This document shows, piece by piece, positions 39,542-49,139 of a DNA stretch of 64,000 bases (the stretch's first letter is position 1; each line of letters begins with the position of its first letter). The notes under the pieces are model-generated. The model searched no databases and had not been told where the DNA came from. It saw only the letters and a list, made by a program, of their open reading frames with translations. A program made the translations under genes and the position numbers. This DNA comes from an uncultured Gemmatimonadales bacterium (lineage in GTDB: Bacteria > Gemmatimonadota > Gemmatimonadetes > Gemmatimonadales > GWC2-71-9), in assembly GCA_963697065.1 (NCBI GenBank), contig CAVOMQ010000001.1:1410518-1474517 (forward strand). The letters are read 5' to 3'.

Positions 39542-40479
39542 ATGCACGGCGTGGCGATCCGACCGCGTGCCGTCGGCGATGCCGAGCATCCGACGACGGC
39601 GTCTCGCGCCGGGAACGCGGAAGCGACCGACACGCCGCCGCATCGATCGCACGCCCAAGCTCTACATCGGCGGGAAGCAGCGGCGTCCCGACGGCGGCTA
39701 CGCGCTGGCCGTCCATGGATGCACGTGGCGAACGCGTGTCGCCGAAGTCGGGACGTGGCAATCGCAAGGACATCCGCGAACGCCGTCGAGGCGGCGCACG
39801 CGCGCGCATGGCTGGCACGCCGCCACGGCACATCTGCGTGCCCAGGTGCTCTACTATGTCGCCGAGAACCTGGCGGCGCGCCGCGACGAGTTCGTCGGGC
39901 AACTCAACGCGCCTTACCGGCGAGGACGGCGGCCGCGAGATCGACGCCGCCATTCGGCGGTGTTTCTCGTATGCCGCGTGGGCCGACAAGTACGACGGCG
40001 CGGTGCATCACACGCCGCTGCGCAACGTGACGCTGGCGATGCCCGAGCCCGTGGGCGTGATCGGCATCGCCGCACCGGACGAGGCGCCGCTTCTCGGCTT
40101 CCTCTCGTTGGTGCTTCCCGCGATCGCGATGGGTAACCGCACGGTGGTGATCCCGTCACCGCGCCATCCGCTGCTGGCTACGGACCTGTACCAGGTGTTC
40201 GATACCTCCGACCTCCCCGGCGGCGTGGTGAACATCGTCACCGGTTATCGGCGGGAATTGTTGGCTCCGCTCGCCGGTCACGACGACGTCGACGCCGTCT
40301 GGGTTTTCGGCGATCATGCCGAAGCCGCAGAGGCAGAGAAACTGTCCGCGGGCAACATGAAGCGGACCTGGACCGAATGGACGGTGCGCGACTGGCTCGA
40401 TCCGCGGGAAGGAGAAGGCCCGGAGTTCCTGCGTCACGCCACCCAGGTGAAGAACATCTGGGTGCCGTACGGCGCCTGA
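39542..40479 (+). pseudogene. Aldehyde dehydrogenase 2 (deoC-linked ALDH paralog); frame broken several times before ~39950, intact afterwards; start uncertain
   Basis: Motifs: 'DRTPKLYIGGKQRRPDGGY', 'GNRKDIR.AVEAAH', 'AHLRAQVLYYVAENL', then continuous 'YAAWADKYDGAVHHTPLRNVTLAMPEPVGVIGI...GGVVNIVTG...VKNIWVPYGA'. Confidence 0.7.
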
Positions 40480-40655
40480 GGCCTGAGGCGTACGGCGTGA
40501 GGTCTGAGGCGCGAGTCTCAGGACCTTTCGCCCTCCTCCGGTGCCCTGTGCATCGCCGTCCTCCCGACACGTCCCCGGAGAGTAACCCGTCGCGGTCGAG
40601 GCAGGCCGCGGCGTGACCGGAGCCGGCGCAGAACGATCAAGTGGCTCCGGATACA

Positions 40656-40690
40656 GCGAACGCCCTGCCAGCAGTTGGCGGGGCGTTCGC
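40656..40690. terminator. 14-bp-stem hairpin between convergent genes (ALDH2 and DUF6496); candidate bidirectional terminator
   Basis: gcgaacgccctgcc-agcagtt-ggcggggcgttcgc forms a 14-bp stem with one G-U/mismatch position and a 7-nt loop. It lies 22 nt beyond the DUF6496 stop. There is no clear U-tract. Confidence 0.45.
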
Positions 40691-40712
40691 ACATCCCGAC
40701 GGTCGTGGAACG

Positions 40713-40913
40713 TCAACTCTTCTTCTTCGGCACCTTGGCGCCCTTGCTGCGCGCTTCCGAGAGTCCGATCGCAATGGCCTGCCGGCGGCTGGTCACCTTG
40801 CCGCCGGTGCCGCTGCGGAGCGTTCCCTCTTCATAACGCTTGACGGCGCTTTCGACGCTCTTCGACGCCGCCTCGCCGTACTTGCGGCTGCTGCTGGTCT
40901 TCTTCTTCGGCAT
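40713..40913 (-). CDS. Small basic DUF6496-like protein
   Basis: 66 aa from ATG 40913: 'MPKKKTSSSRKYGEAASKSVESAVKRYEEGTLRSGTGGKVTSRRQAIAIGLSEARSKGAKVPKKKS'. Confidence 0.65.
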   Translation of the reverse strand: MPKKKTSSSRKYGEAASKSVESAVKRYEEGTLRSGTGGKVTSRRQAIAIGLSEARSKGAKVPKKKS

Positions 40914-40976
40914 CGTCCCCTCCGCGTGTTGTGTTGTGTGGAACCGGCCGGCGCGAGACCGGACCAATCCCCGGTA

Positions 40977-42587
40977 TCAGCGCGCCTTGACGGTTCGCCG
41001 CCTGGCCGTCGCGGCTCGCGGTCTCGATCGCGACGCCGCCGGGAGGACGCCGGCCTCGATCACCACTTCGCGGTCCAGCTCCTCAGCCAGTACGTCGCTC
41101 TTGCGTTCCGCTCCCCACACTTCCAGCGAAACGTCGGTCTGCCGGAGCCGCGGAAAGACTCGGATGACGCACCTCGCCTTGGTGACGACGCACGCGACAC
41201 GGTCCACGGTGGCGGTGTGGCCGCGGTCCAGGCCGTCGGCAACGCGGAGCAGGCCGCTCACCCGCCGGACCACCGCCTGATCAGCCGCCGCCAGTCGCTC
41301 GAATTCCGGATCCTTGCGGCTCGGGCCCCGCTTGCGGTGATAACGCGAAACCACCGCCACCAGTGTTCTCGCCCGGGCACTGAGTCCCAGCCGCTCGGCG
41401 TGCATGATCAGCTGATAGCTGTGTTTGTGATGCTTGCGGTACGACACGAGCTGGCCGACGTCGTGCAGCAGGGACGCCGCTTCGAGAATCCACCGCTCCT
41501 CGGCGGTGCAGTGTAGCGGCGCGCTGAGCTGCGCATACAGCGACAACGCCAGCAGGCGCACCTGCTCCACGTGGCGCCGGTCGCCCCGGCACCTATCGAC
41601 GAACTCGCGGATGAGCCGCAGCGGGTCAGGAGCGCGCGGCACATGGTCGGCGCCGACCATCTCGAGCAGCAGCCCTTCACGGAGACCGAACGCGCTCACC
41701 GTCAGCTCGCGGCCGTCGAGCATCTGCAGCAGTTCGGCGGTGACGGCGAGGCCGGCCAGGATGATATCGGCCCGCTGCGGGTTGAGGCCCGGCACGCGGG
41801 AACGCTCTTCCGGCGTCTTGGTGCTCAGCCATTCCAGCAGCGCCTCGACTTCCGCGGTGCGCACCGGGGTGCCGTGCACCGCGTCGCCAAGGTGGCCGCG
41901 GCGGGCGGCGGCCATGCGGCCCAGATTGGTGAAGGTGCCGCCGGAGCCGATCAGGGTGGCCTGGCGCCAATCGCGCCACCGCACCGCCTTGCGGAGGATG
42001 GGGCGCACGGCACGGCGGAGCGCCGCCACTTCACGGCGCGCATCGCGGCGGCCGGTGACGTATTGCTCGGTCAGGCGGACCGCGCCCAGCGGCAGCGAGG
42101 TGGTCGTCTCGACCAGCCCGTCGACGGCGCCGACCAGCTCGAGCGAACCCCCGCCGATGTCGGCCACCAGTGTGCGGGCGTTGTCCAGCCGGAAATGGTG
42201 CGCCACCGAGCGCCACGAAAGCTGCGCTTCGCGCGTCTCGTCGATGATCTCGAGGGGGATGTCCAGCTCGCGCCGGATGCGCTCGGCAAAGGCGGGTCCG
42301 TTGCGGGCCTCGCGCATCGCGGACGTGGCCACGGCTGCGAGACGCGTCACGCCGCGCCGCGCCGCCACTTCCTTCATCCGCTTGAGCGCGGCATAGGCGC
42401 GGCCCATCGCGGCGATGTTGAGGGCGTGGCTGGCGTCGACGCCGGTGCCGAGCCGCGGCTGGTCCTTGACTTCGTCGATGACGTCGAGCCCCGTTGCGGG
42501 GTCGTAGTCGGCCACCAGGAGGCGGATCGAATTCGATCCGACGTCGATGGCGCCGAGCCGCTCGCGGGGAGGAGCGGCGTCGGTCAT
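40977..42587 (-). CDS. ppx: Exopolyphosphatase / guanosine pentaphosphate phosphohydrolase
   Basis: 536 aa from ATG 42587; the track ORF is over-extended by 163 codons. Motifs: 'IDVGSNSIRLLV', 'ADIGGGSLELV', and HD region 'LLHDVGQLVSYRKHHKHSY'. The start overlaps the phoU stop. Confidence 0.85.
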   Translation of the reverse strand: MTDAAPPRERLGAIDVGSNSIRLLVADYDPATGLDVIDEVKDQPRLGTGVDASHALNIAAMGRAYAALKRMKEVAARRGVTRLAAVATSAMREARNGPAFAERIRRELDIPLEIIDETREAQLSWRSVAHHFRLDNARTLVADIGGGSLELVGAVDGLVETTTSLPLGAVRLTEQYVTGRRDARREVAALRRAVRPILRKAVRWRDWRQATLIGSGGTFTNLGRMAAARRGHLGDAVHGTPVRTAEVEALLEWLSTKTPEERSRVPGLNPQRADIILAGLAVTAELLQMLDGRELTVSAFGLREGLLLEMVGADHVPRAPDPLRLIREFVDRCRGDRRHVEQVRLLALSLYAQLSAPLHCTAEERWILEAASLLHDVGQLVSYRKHHKHSYQLIMHAERLGLSARARTLVAVVSRYHRKRGPSRKDPEFERLAAADQAVVRRVSGLLRVADGLDRGHTATVDRVACVVTKARCVIRVFPRLRQTDVSLEVWGAERKSDVLAEELDREVVIEAGVLPAASRSRPRAATARRRTVKAR

Positions 42588-43273
42588 GTCATCGATTCGC
42601 CGCTGTCCTCGGCGTGGTGCTTGATGGATTTGCCCTCCACCAGGAAGACGACGTCCTCGCCGATGTTGGTGGCGAGATCGGCTACCCGTTCGAGATTCCG
42701 TGACACCAGGAAGAGTTCCATGCCCGCGCTGATGACGTGCGGGTCTTCCATCATGTGCGTCAACAGAATCCGGAAGACCGACCGATGCAAGGCATCGACC
42801 TTGTCGTCGCGGCGGCAGACCTCGCGGCCGGCGCTGGCGTCGCCCCGGATGAAGGCCTCCAATGCGTCGGAGAGCATCCCCCGGGCGAGCCGCGCCATCT
42901 GCACGATTTCCGGCTCCGGGGTGATCGGCCGGGTGTGGGAAAGCCGCTCGGCCGACTGGGCGATGTTGACCGCGTGGTCGCCTACGCGCTCGAGGTCGTT
43001 GGCGATCTTGAGCGCCGAGGTGAGCATCCGGAGATCGCGCGCCATCGGCTGCTGCAGGGCCAGCAGGTCGACGCACTGCCGCTCGATCTCCACTTCCAGG
43101 GCGTCGATGCTGCGGTCGCCCGAGATGACGGCGCGCGCCTTGTCGACATCGCGCTCCAGCAGTGCCTCGACCGCCAGTTCGAGCGCGGCCTCGGCCTCGC
43201 CCGACATGGTGAGCAGCCGGACCTTCACCTGGCTCAGATCTTCGTGGAAATGCCGGTGGGTATCGACGCTCAT
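42584..43273 (-). CDS. phoU: Phosphate-signalling regulator PhoU
   Basis: 229 aa from ATG 43273. Two PhoU repeats: '[13 protein letters not shown]' and '[16 protein letters not shown]'. The start overlaps the pstB stop. Confidence 0.9.
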   Translation of the reverse strand: MSVDTHRHFHEDLSQVKVRLLTMSGEAEAALELAVEALLERDVDKARAVISGDRSIDALEVEIERQCVDLLALQQPMARDLRMLTSALKIANDLERVGDHAVNIAQSAERLSHTRPITPEPEIVQMARLARGMLSDALEAFIRGDASAGREVCRRDDKVDALHRSVFRILLTHMMEDPHVISAGMELFLVSRNLERVADLATNIGEDVVFLVEGKSIKHHAEDSGESMT

Positions 43274-44130
43274 CCGAATCTCCCGGTGATGTACGCCTCG
43301 GTCCGTTCGTGCTTCGGGGCGGTGAAGATCTGGTCGGTGTCGCCGATTTCCACCAGCACGCCGCGGTCGAAGAACCCGGTCAGGTCCGAGATCCGCGCCG
43401 CCTGCTGCAGATTGTGGGTGACGATGACGATGGTGTAGTCCTTCTTCAGCTCGAAGATCAGCTCTTCCACCTTCTGGGTGGCGATCGGATCGAGCGCCGA
43501 GCACGGTTCGTCCATCAACAGGATGGACGGCTTGTTGCCGAGCGCGCGGGCGATGCAGAGCCGTTGCTGCTGGCCGCCGGACAAGCCCGTGGCTGGCGAG
43601 TCGAGCCGGTCCTTCACCTCATCCCACAACGCTGCCTGGCGAAGGCAGCGCTCCACCAGATCGGGCAGGTCGCGCCGCGGCGCCAGCGCGTTGAGCGCCG
43701 GCCCGTAGGCCACGTTGTCGAAGATCGTCTTCGGGAACGGATTAGGCCGTTGGAAGACCATTCCCACCCGTTGGCGATGCGCCACCAGGTCGATGCTCCG
43801 GTCGTAGACCGAGGTGCCCTCGACGACCAACCGCCCTTCGGCACGGCTGCCGGCGATGAGGTCGTTCATCCGGTTGATGGAGCGGAGGAAGGTGGACTTG
43901 CCGCATCCGGACGGGCCGATGATCGCCGTCACGGCGCGCTGCGGTACGTTGAACGACAGATCGTGCAGGATCTGCCGCTTGCCGTACCAGAACGAGAAGT
44001 CCACGACCTCGATGGCCGGCACGCTGTGATCCACCGGCCGGGCGGACCGGCGCTGTTCCAGCGTGGTCCGCGGAACGGGCGGGGCGGCCAGGGGGCCGCG
44101 GGCGGGGCGAGGAGGCATCACTGTGGTCAT
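43270..44130 (-). CDS. pstB: Phosphate ABC transporter ATPase, copy 1 (with a ~35-aa Pro/Arg-rich N-terminal extension)
   Basis: Motifs: '[20 protein letters not shown]', '[15 protein letters not shown]', '[12 protein letters not shown]'. Confidence 0.9.
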   Translation of the reverse strand: MTTVMPPRPARGPLAAPPVPRTTLEQRRSARPVDHSVPAIEVVDFSFWYGKRQILHDLSFNVPQRAVTAIIGPSGCGKSTFLRSINRMNDLIAGSRAEGRLVVEGTSVYDRSIDLVAHRQRVGMVFQRPNPFPKTIFDNVAYGPALNALAPRRDLPDLVERCLRQAALWDEVKDRLDSPATGLSGGQQQRLCIARALGNKPSILLMDEPCSALDPIATQKVEELIFELKKDYTIVIVTHNLQQAARISDLTGFFDRGVLVEIGDTDQIFTAPKHERTEAYITGRFG

Positions 44131-44894
44131 CCGAACCGTCCTGTAATGTAGGCTTCCGTCTGCTCGTTTTGCGGCGCGGTGAAGATCTGCCGCGTCAGGC
44201 CGTGTTCGATCATGGCGCCGAGGTAGAAGAAGCTGGTGGTATCCGAAACCCGGGCCGCCTGCTGCATGTTGTGGGTCACGATGACGATCGTGAACTCCCC
44301 CTTGAGTTCGAACAGCAGCTCCTCGATCCGTTGCGTCCCCTGCGGGTCGAGCGACGCGGTCGGCTCGTCGAAGAGGATCACCTCCGGCTCCGGCGCGATG
44401 GTCCGCGCCACGCAGAGCCGCTGCTGCTGGCCACCGGAGAGCGCCACGGCGCTGGTCTTGAGCCGGTCCTTGACCTCTTCCCAGAGGGCCGCACGGCGCA
44501 GCGAGCGCTCCACCACCTCGTCCATCTGGGCGCGGCGCATGCCGCCGTTGAGCACCAGGCCGGCGGCGACGTTGTCGTAGATCGACATCGTCGGAAACGG
44601 CGTCGGCTTCTGGAAGACCATGCCGATCCGCCGGCGCAGCCGGATGACGCTGACATCGGGCGCGTAGACGTCGACACCGTCGAGAAAGATCTTGCCGGTG
44701 ATCCAGCCCACCCCGCCGATCTCGTGCATCCGGTTCAGCGTGCGGAGGAACGTCGACTTGCCGCAGCCAGATGGGCCGATCAGCGCGTGGACCTGCAGCG
44801 GCGCGAAGTCGAGCGACACGTTCTTGACGGCCGTGAACTTGCCGTACATGGCGCTCAACTTTTCGGTACGGAGGCGCGGGGCGGCGTCAACCAC
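44127..44894 (-). CDS. pstB: Phosphate ABC transporter ATPase, copy 2
   Basis: Motifs: '[19 protein letters not shown]', '[15 protein letters not shown]', '[12 protein letters not shown]'. A 4-nt overlap links it to copy 1. Confidence 0.9.
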   Translation of the reverse strand: MVDAAPRLRTEKLSAMYGKFTAVKNVSLDFAPLQVHALIGPSGCGKSTFLRTLNRMHEIGGVGWITGKIFLDGVDVYAPDVSVIRLRRRIGMVFQKPTPFPTMSIYDNVAAGLVLNGGMRRAQMDEVVERSLRRAALWEEVKDRLKTSAVALSGGQQQRLCVARTIAPEPEVILFDEPTASLDPQGTQRIEELLFELKGEFTIVIVTHNMQQAARVSDTTSFFYLGAMIEHGLTRQIFTAPQNEQTEAYITGRFG

Positions 44895-45735
44895 GCTCCA
44901 CCTCGAAGCGTTGCCGCGTCACCACCCGGGCGACGAGGCTCAGCACGAACACCACCAGGATCAGCACCAGGGCCGCCGCCCAGGCGTTGCGGTGCCACTC
45001 TTCATACGGGCCGTTCGCGTACAGGTAGACGGTCAGCGGCAGCGCCGCCATCGGGGCGTTCGGGTCGAGCGACATGAACTGGTTGCCGAGCGCGGTGAAG
45101 AGCAGCGGGGCGGTCTCGCCGGCGATGCGTGCCACCGCCAGCAAGGTCCCGGTTATGATGCCGGGCAGTGCCGTGCGGAGGATCACGTTCAGCGAGGTCC
45201 GCCAGCGGGGGTATCCCAGCGCCAGTGCCGCTTCGCGCAGCGAGTGCGGCACCAGCTTCATCAGCTCCTCGGTGGTCCGCATCACCATCGGCACCATCAG
45301 GATGGAGAGTGCCACCGCGCCGGCGTACGCCGAGAAGTGCTTCGCCGGTGCCACGACGGCGGTCCACGCAAAGACGCCGACGACGATCGATGGGGTGCCG
45401 TTGAGCACATCGGAGACGAAACGGGTGATCCACGCGAGGTAACTGGTCGGGTACTCGGCGCAGTACAGTCCGGCGCCGATCCCGATCGGAACGCCGATGA
45501 CACACGCCATCCCGACGATGATCAGCGTCCCGACGATGGAATTGAGCACGCCACCGCCGGTTTCACCCGGCGGAACCGGCATCTTCGTGAAGAATGCCAG
45601 CGAAAGACTCCCTGCGCCGCGCACCAGCAACGAGCCGAGAATGAACAGCAGCGGGGCGACGGCGAGGATGACCGCGACGATCATCCCGGCGACGGCGACG
45701 TTGCTCTTGAACCGCCGGAACTGGCGTCGGTTCAT
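44887..45735 (-). CDS. pstA: Phosphate ABC transporter permease PstA
   Basis: 282 aa, polytopic. EAA motif '[14 protein letters not shown]'. Confidence 0.9.
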   Translation of the reverse strand: MNRRQFRRFKSNVAVAGMIVAVILAVAPLLFILGSLLVRGAGSLSLAFFTKMPVPPGETGGGVLNSIVGTLIIVGMACVIGVPIGIGAGLYCAEYPTSYLAWITRFVSDVLNGTPSIVVGVFAWTAVVAPAKHFSAYAGAVALSILMVPMVMRTTEELMKLVPHSLREAALALGYPRWRTSLNVILRTALPGIITGTLLAVARIAGETAPLLFTALGNQFMSLDPNAPMAALPLTVYLYANGPYEEWHRNAWAAALVLILVVFVLSLVARVVTRQRFEVERG

Positions 45736-46715
45736 ATCGCCTTGCTCCCGATGGCGGCGCCGCGCGCCACCCGCCAGATCAGCAGCCGCGCGCCGGCATT
45801 GACCAGCACCGTGACCACGAAGAGCACCAGCGCGACGTAGGTCAGCGCGGCATAGTGCATCGGCGTGGCCGCCTCGGAGAACTCGTTGGCGATCACCGCG
45901 GCCATGGTGTATCCCGGCGCGAAGAACGACGCCGACATGTCATGCCGGTTGCCGATCAGCATGGTAACCGCCATCGTCTCGCCCAGGGCGCGGCCCAGGC
46001 CGAGGATGATCGCGCCGATGATGCCGGAACGGGCATAGGGAACGATCGCCGTGCGGACCGCCTCCCAGCGCGTCGCACCAAGGGCCAATGCGGCCTCCCG
46101 TTGCGTCGACGGCACCGCCAGCAGCACCTCGCGCGACACCGACATGATGAACGGCATCACCATGATGGCGAGGATGACGCCCGCCGCCAGGACCGACGGA
46201 CCGTAAATGACTCCCTTGAAGAACGGCAGGAACCCCAGCACGTGGCGGAGAAATGGGAATGCCGTGCGCTGCAGCACCGGGATCAGGACGAAGATGCCCC
46301 AGAGACCATAGACCACGCTGGGGACCGCGGCCAGCAGTTCGATGATGGTGGCCACTGGCCGTCGGATGGCCATCGGGGCGAACTCGGTCAGGTAGACTGC
46401 CACGCCGAGCGAGAGCGGAACGGCGATCAGCAGCGCGAGAAACGACGTGATCAGCGTGCCGTAGATGAGCGGTGCCGCACCGAACACGCCGGCGATCGGA
46501 TCCCAGGTACTGGTCACGATGAAATGCAGGCCGAATTGCGCGATGGCCGGCCGGGCGCCGTGCACCAGGAAGACTACCAGCAACAGGATCAGCGCCGGGA
46601 TGCTCGCCGCCGCGACGGTCAGCAGCACGCGGAAGACCCGGTCGCCAAGAACGCGGCCAATGAGCGTGCCGTGCCGGGGATCCTCCTGCGGCAACTCGAG
46701 CGTTGAGCTGGTCAT
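45732..46715 (-). CDS. pstC: Phosphate ABC transporter permease PstC
   Basis: 327 aa, polytopic. EAA motif '[14 protein letters not shown]'. Confidence 0.9.
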   Translation of the reverse strand: MTSSTLELPQEDPRHGTLIGRVLGDRVFRVLLTVAAASIPALILLLVVFLVHGARPAIAQFGLHFIVTSTWDPIAGVFGAAPLIYGTLITSFLALLIAVPLSLGVAVYLTEFAPMAIRRPVATIIELLAAVPSVVYGLWGIFVLIPVLQRTAFPFLRHVLGFLPFFKGVIYGPSVLAAGVILAIMVMPFIMSVSREVLLAVPSTQREAALALGATRWEAVRTAIVPYARSGIIGAIILGLGRALGETMAVTMLIGNRHDMSASFFAPGYTMAAVIANEFSEAATPMHYAALTYVALVLFVVTVLVNAGARLLIWRVARGAAIGSKAI

Positions 46716-46751
46716 GTCCTGAGGAGCTTAGGTGCGCCCTGAAGGCTCGGC

Positions 46752-46778
46752 GTCACGGATGTGTAACGAATGAGTCAC
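46752..46778 (-). promoter_or_regulatory. Pho-box-like direct repeats (3 x GTKAC, exact 11-bp phasing) upstream of pstC
   Basis: The minus strand reads GTGACtcattcGTTACacatccGTGAC. On the plus strand this is gtcac at 46752, gtaac at 46763 and gtcac at 46774. The array lies 37-63 nt upstream of the pstC ATG, in the 140-bp pstS-pstC spacer. Confidence 0.55.
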
Positions 46779-46856
46779 GGGTGGCGCGATGAAACGGGAC
46801 AACCGACCCGGCCGCCGGTGCCCGGAGCAATCGCGCCGGGCCCGGGGCGGGGAATG

Positions 46857-47903
46857 CTACATGATCGGCTTGCCGTTCACGGTCAGGGTGTTCAGTCGCG
46901 TCTTGATCAGACTCACCACCTTGGCGGGCAGCGGCGCAAACTGCAGCGACGAGGCAATCTGGGCCGCCTGGGGGGTGATCATCCACGCCAGGAAGTTCTT
47001 CAGCGCCTTCGCCTTGGCCGGATCCGTCATGTCCTTGCGCACCAGCAGCCAGGTGAACGACGAAATCGGATAGACCTGCGCACCCGGCGCGTCGGTAATC
47101 GACACCCGGAAATCGGTGTTGGCCGGGAACTGTACGCCTGCCGCGGCATTTGACACGGTCTGTAGTGACGGGGTCACGAAGTTGCCGGCGGCGTTCTTGA
47201 CGTCGGCGAAGACGAGGTTGTTCGAGAGCGCGTAGATCAACTCGACGTAGCCGACGGCGCCGTCGACGCTCTTGACCTGCTGGGTGACGCCTTCACTGCC
47301 CTTGCCGCCGAGACCGGTCGGCCAGTTCGGCGAGGTGCCGAAACCCACCTTGCTCTTCCACTCCGGCGACACCTTGCTCAGGTAGTCGGCGAAGATGTAC
47401 GACGTGCCCGAGCCGTCCGACCGGTGCACCACGATGATGTCCTGGTTGGGAAGCTTGACGCCCGGGTTGAGCTTGGCGATCGCCGGATCGTTCCACTTGG
47501 TGATCTTGCCAAGGTAGATGTTGGCGATCGTCGGGCCGTCGAAGCGGAGCTTCTGACTCCCCAGGGCCGACACGTTCCACATCAACACCACGCCGCCAAG
47601 GACCGTCGGGATGTGCACCACGTTGCCCTGCGCCGCGGCGATCTGCTGGTCGTTCATCGGACCGTCGGTGGCGCCGAAGTCGACGGTGCCGGCGGTGAAC
47701 TGCAGGATGCCGCCGCCGGAGCCGATCGAATTGTAGTTGATCTCCACGCCGGTCTTCTGCTTGAACGCGTCCGCCCAGCGCAAGTACAGCGGGGCACCGA
47801 ATGTGCTGCCGGCGCCGGTCAGCTTCTGCGCCGGCAGGGCGGTGGTCGCTGCCCCCGCGAACGCCGCGGCGAGCAGCGCGGTCTGCGTGATCCTGCGAGT
47901 CAT
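46857..47903 (-). CDS. pstS: Phosphate-binding protein PstS
   Basis: 348 aa from ATG 47903, with GAGGAG upstream and a signal peptide. Motifs: 'GAGSTFGAPLY', 'HRSDGSGTSYIF'. Confidence 0.9.
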   Translation of the reverse strand: MTRRITQTALLAAAFAGAATTALPAQKLTGAGSTFGAPLYLRWADAFKQKTGVEINYNSIGSGGGILQFTAGTVDFGATDGPMNDQQIAAAQGNVVHIPTVLGGVVLMWNVSALGSQKLRFDGPTIANIYLGKITKWNDPAIAKLNPGVKLPNQDIIVVHRSDGSGTSYIFADYLSKVSPEWKSKVGFGTSPNWPTGLGGKGSEGVTQQVKSVDGAVGYVELIYALSNNLVFADVKNAAGNFVTPSLQTVSNAAAGVQFPANTDFRVSITDAPGAQVYPISSFTWLLVRKDMTDPAKAKALKNFLAWMITPQAAQIASSLQFAPLPAKVVSLIKTRLNTLTVNGKPIM

Positions 47904-47943
47904 CGGGTACGTCTCCTCTCGAGCATTAGCCGTGTTGGGGATG

Positions 47944-48984
47944 TCAGAACGTGAACTGGGTCTGGAAGAGCAGATTCTTGTTCTTGGAATCGAAGGCGTT
48001 GTTGCCGCCGCCCTGCAGCGATGCCAGGTCGACATCGAGCATCACGCGGAGATTCGCCGCGATGTTGTATGCCACACCGGCGATGATCCGCGACACCTTG
48101 TCATTCGTGGCCGCGGCATCGGTGTTGGGATCGTAGCTGTCATACCGGGCGACGAGCGCCGCCTTCGAATTGGGCAGGTTGTACACCCCGTACACCCCGA
48201 GCGCGGTCCGCGTCTGCGACGGCGTGGTGGCACCGGTCGAGTCCTGACCCGATCCATACTCCGCGGCCAGCGTCAATGCCTTGCTCTTGTACGACAGCTC
48301 GCCGATGAACCGGTTGCGCGAGCCGCCGCCGTTCTCCTTGCCGACCTGCCCGTAACCGCTCAGGCGCAGACCGCCGACGCGACCGCCCTGATCCGTCGAG
48401 GCCAGCCGGAACGACACCCGGCCTTCGATGTCCTTGCCCGGATCGCCCGGCGTGCCGCTGTACCCTTCTCCGTCGAACACGCCGACCTGCATGTTCACCG
48501 CGTCCTTGCTCCAGCTGCCGTCGGCGCCAAGACCGAAGTCCGACGACGGGAAGAAGCCGTTGCGGTCGAACAGCGTCGGCCCCTGCATGCGATAATCCCA
48601 GATCGCTTCTTCGAAGTCGATCCAGGGCGTGGTGAACAACCCCATCTTGTACGTGAGCGAACTGCCCTGGGGCGTCCAGCCGACGAACGCATACTTGAGC
48701 CGGATGGTGAGCTGGGTCGCCTTGGCGCTGCGGCCGTCGACATCGGTGGTGATGCGGGTCTGCACGCCGTTGGGCAGGGCGCCGAGCACGTTCACGTACG
48801 CGCGGGTCACGTCGAAATTGTTGTCGTTGCCGGGATTCGCCAGCGAAGAATCGGTCTTCAACCCGTACCCGAACTGGGTATAGCCGACGCCGTGAATCGA
48901 CACCTGGGCCCGTGCGCTGGTACCGCCCACGACGAGGCCGAAGGCCGCCGCGAGCATGACTCGTGACGCATTGCGAAAATGCAT
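47944..48984 (-). CDS. Outer-membrane beta-barrel porin (phosphate-selective OprO/P-like by context)
   Basis: 346 aa. Signal peptide 'MLAAAFGLVVGGTSARAQ', alternating amphipathic strands, and a C-terminal 'LLFQTQFTF'. It sits 40 nt upstream of pstS and directly downstream of a Pho-box-like array. Confidence 0.7.
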   Translation of the reverse strand: MHFRNASRVMLAAAFGLVVGGTSARAQVSIHGVGYTQFGYGLKTDSSLANPGNDNNFDVTRAYVNVLGALPNGVQTRITTDVDGRSAKATQLTIRLKYAFVGWTPQGSSLTYKMGLFTTPWIDFEEAIWDYRMQGPTLFDRNGFFPSSDFGLGADGSWSKDAVNMQVGVFDGEGYSGTPGDPGKDIEGRVSFRLASTDQGGRVGGLRLSGYGQVGKENGGGSRNRFIGELSYKSKALTLAAEYGSGQDSTGATTPSQTRTALGVYGVYNLPNSKAALVARYDSYDPNTDAAATNDKVSRIIAGVAYNIAANLRVMLDVDLASLQGGGNNAFDSKNKNLLFQTQFTF

Positions 48985-49086
48985 GGGACCTCCACCTGCT
49001 CCGAGGGAGAACTTCTTCCCGCGAGAGGACCGGGGAGGCAGGAGATCCGCGGCCGTCGCTGGGCGCAGGTAAAGGGCTTCCCGGGC

Positions 49087-49124
49087 ATCACGTCATCATG
49101 TCGGCGGCGTCACGGGTGGGTAAC
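49087..49124 (-). promoter_or_regulatory. Pho-box-like direct repeats (4 units, exact 11-bp phasing) upstream of porin-pstS
   Basis: The minus strand reads GTTACccacccGTGACgccgccGACATgatgacGTGAT. The units start at plus-strand positions 49120, 49109, 49098 and 49087. The array lies ~100 nt upstream of the porin ATG (48984) and 16 nt after the phoR stop. Confidence 0.6.
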
Positions 49125-49139
49125 GTTGCCCGGCGGGAC

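Noticed and set aside
40977-43076. N-terminal extensions of track ORFs. Examples: 163 extra codons on ppx, 77 on phoU, 44 on pstS, 373 on QueC-like B, and about 430 on QueC-like A.
   Set aside because: The extensions run through upstream genes or spacers in low-complexity R/P/G-rich sequence. Internal starts give proteins of canonical length, often with SD sequences or ATGA/GTGA coupling to the preceding stop.
46780-46856. A stem-loop (gcccgg-n10-ccgggc) after pstS as an intra-operon terminator or attenuator.
   Set aside because: The stem is only 6 bp with a 10-nt loop and no U-tract, and many equivalent GC hairpins occur by chance in this composition.
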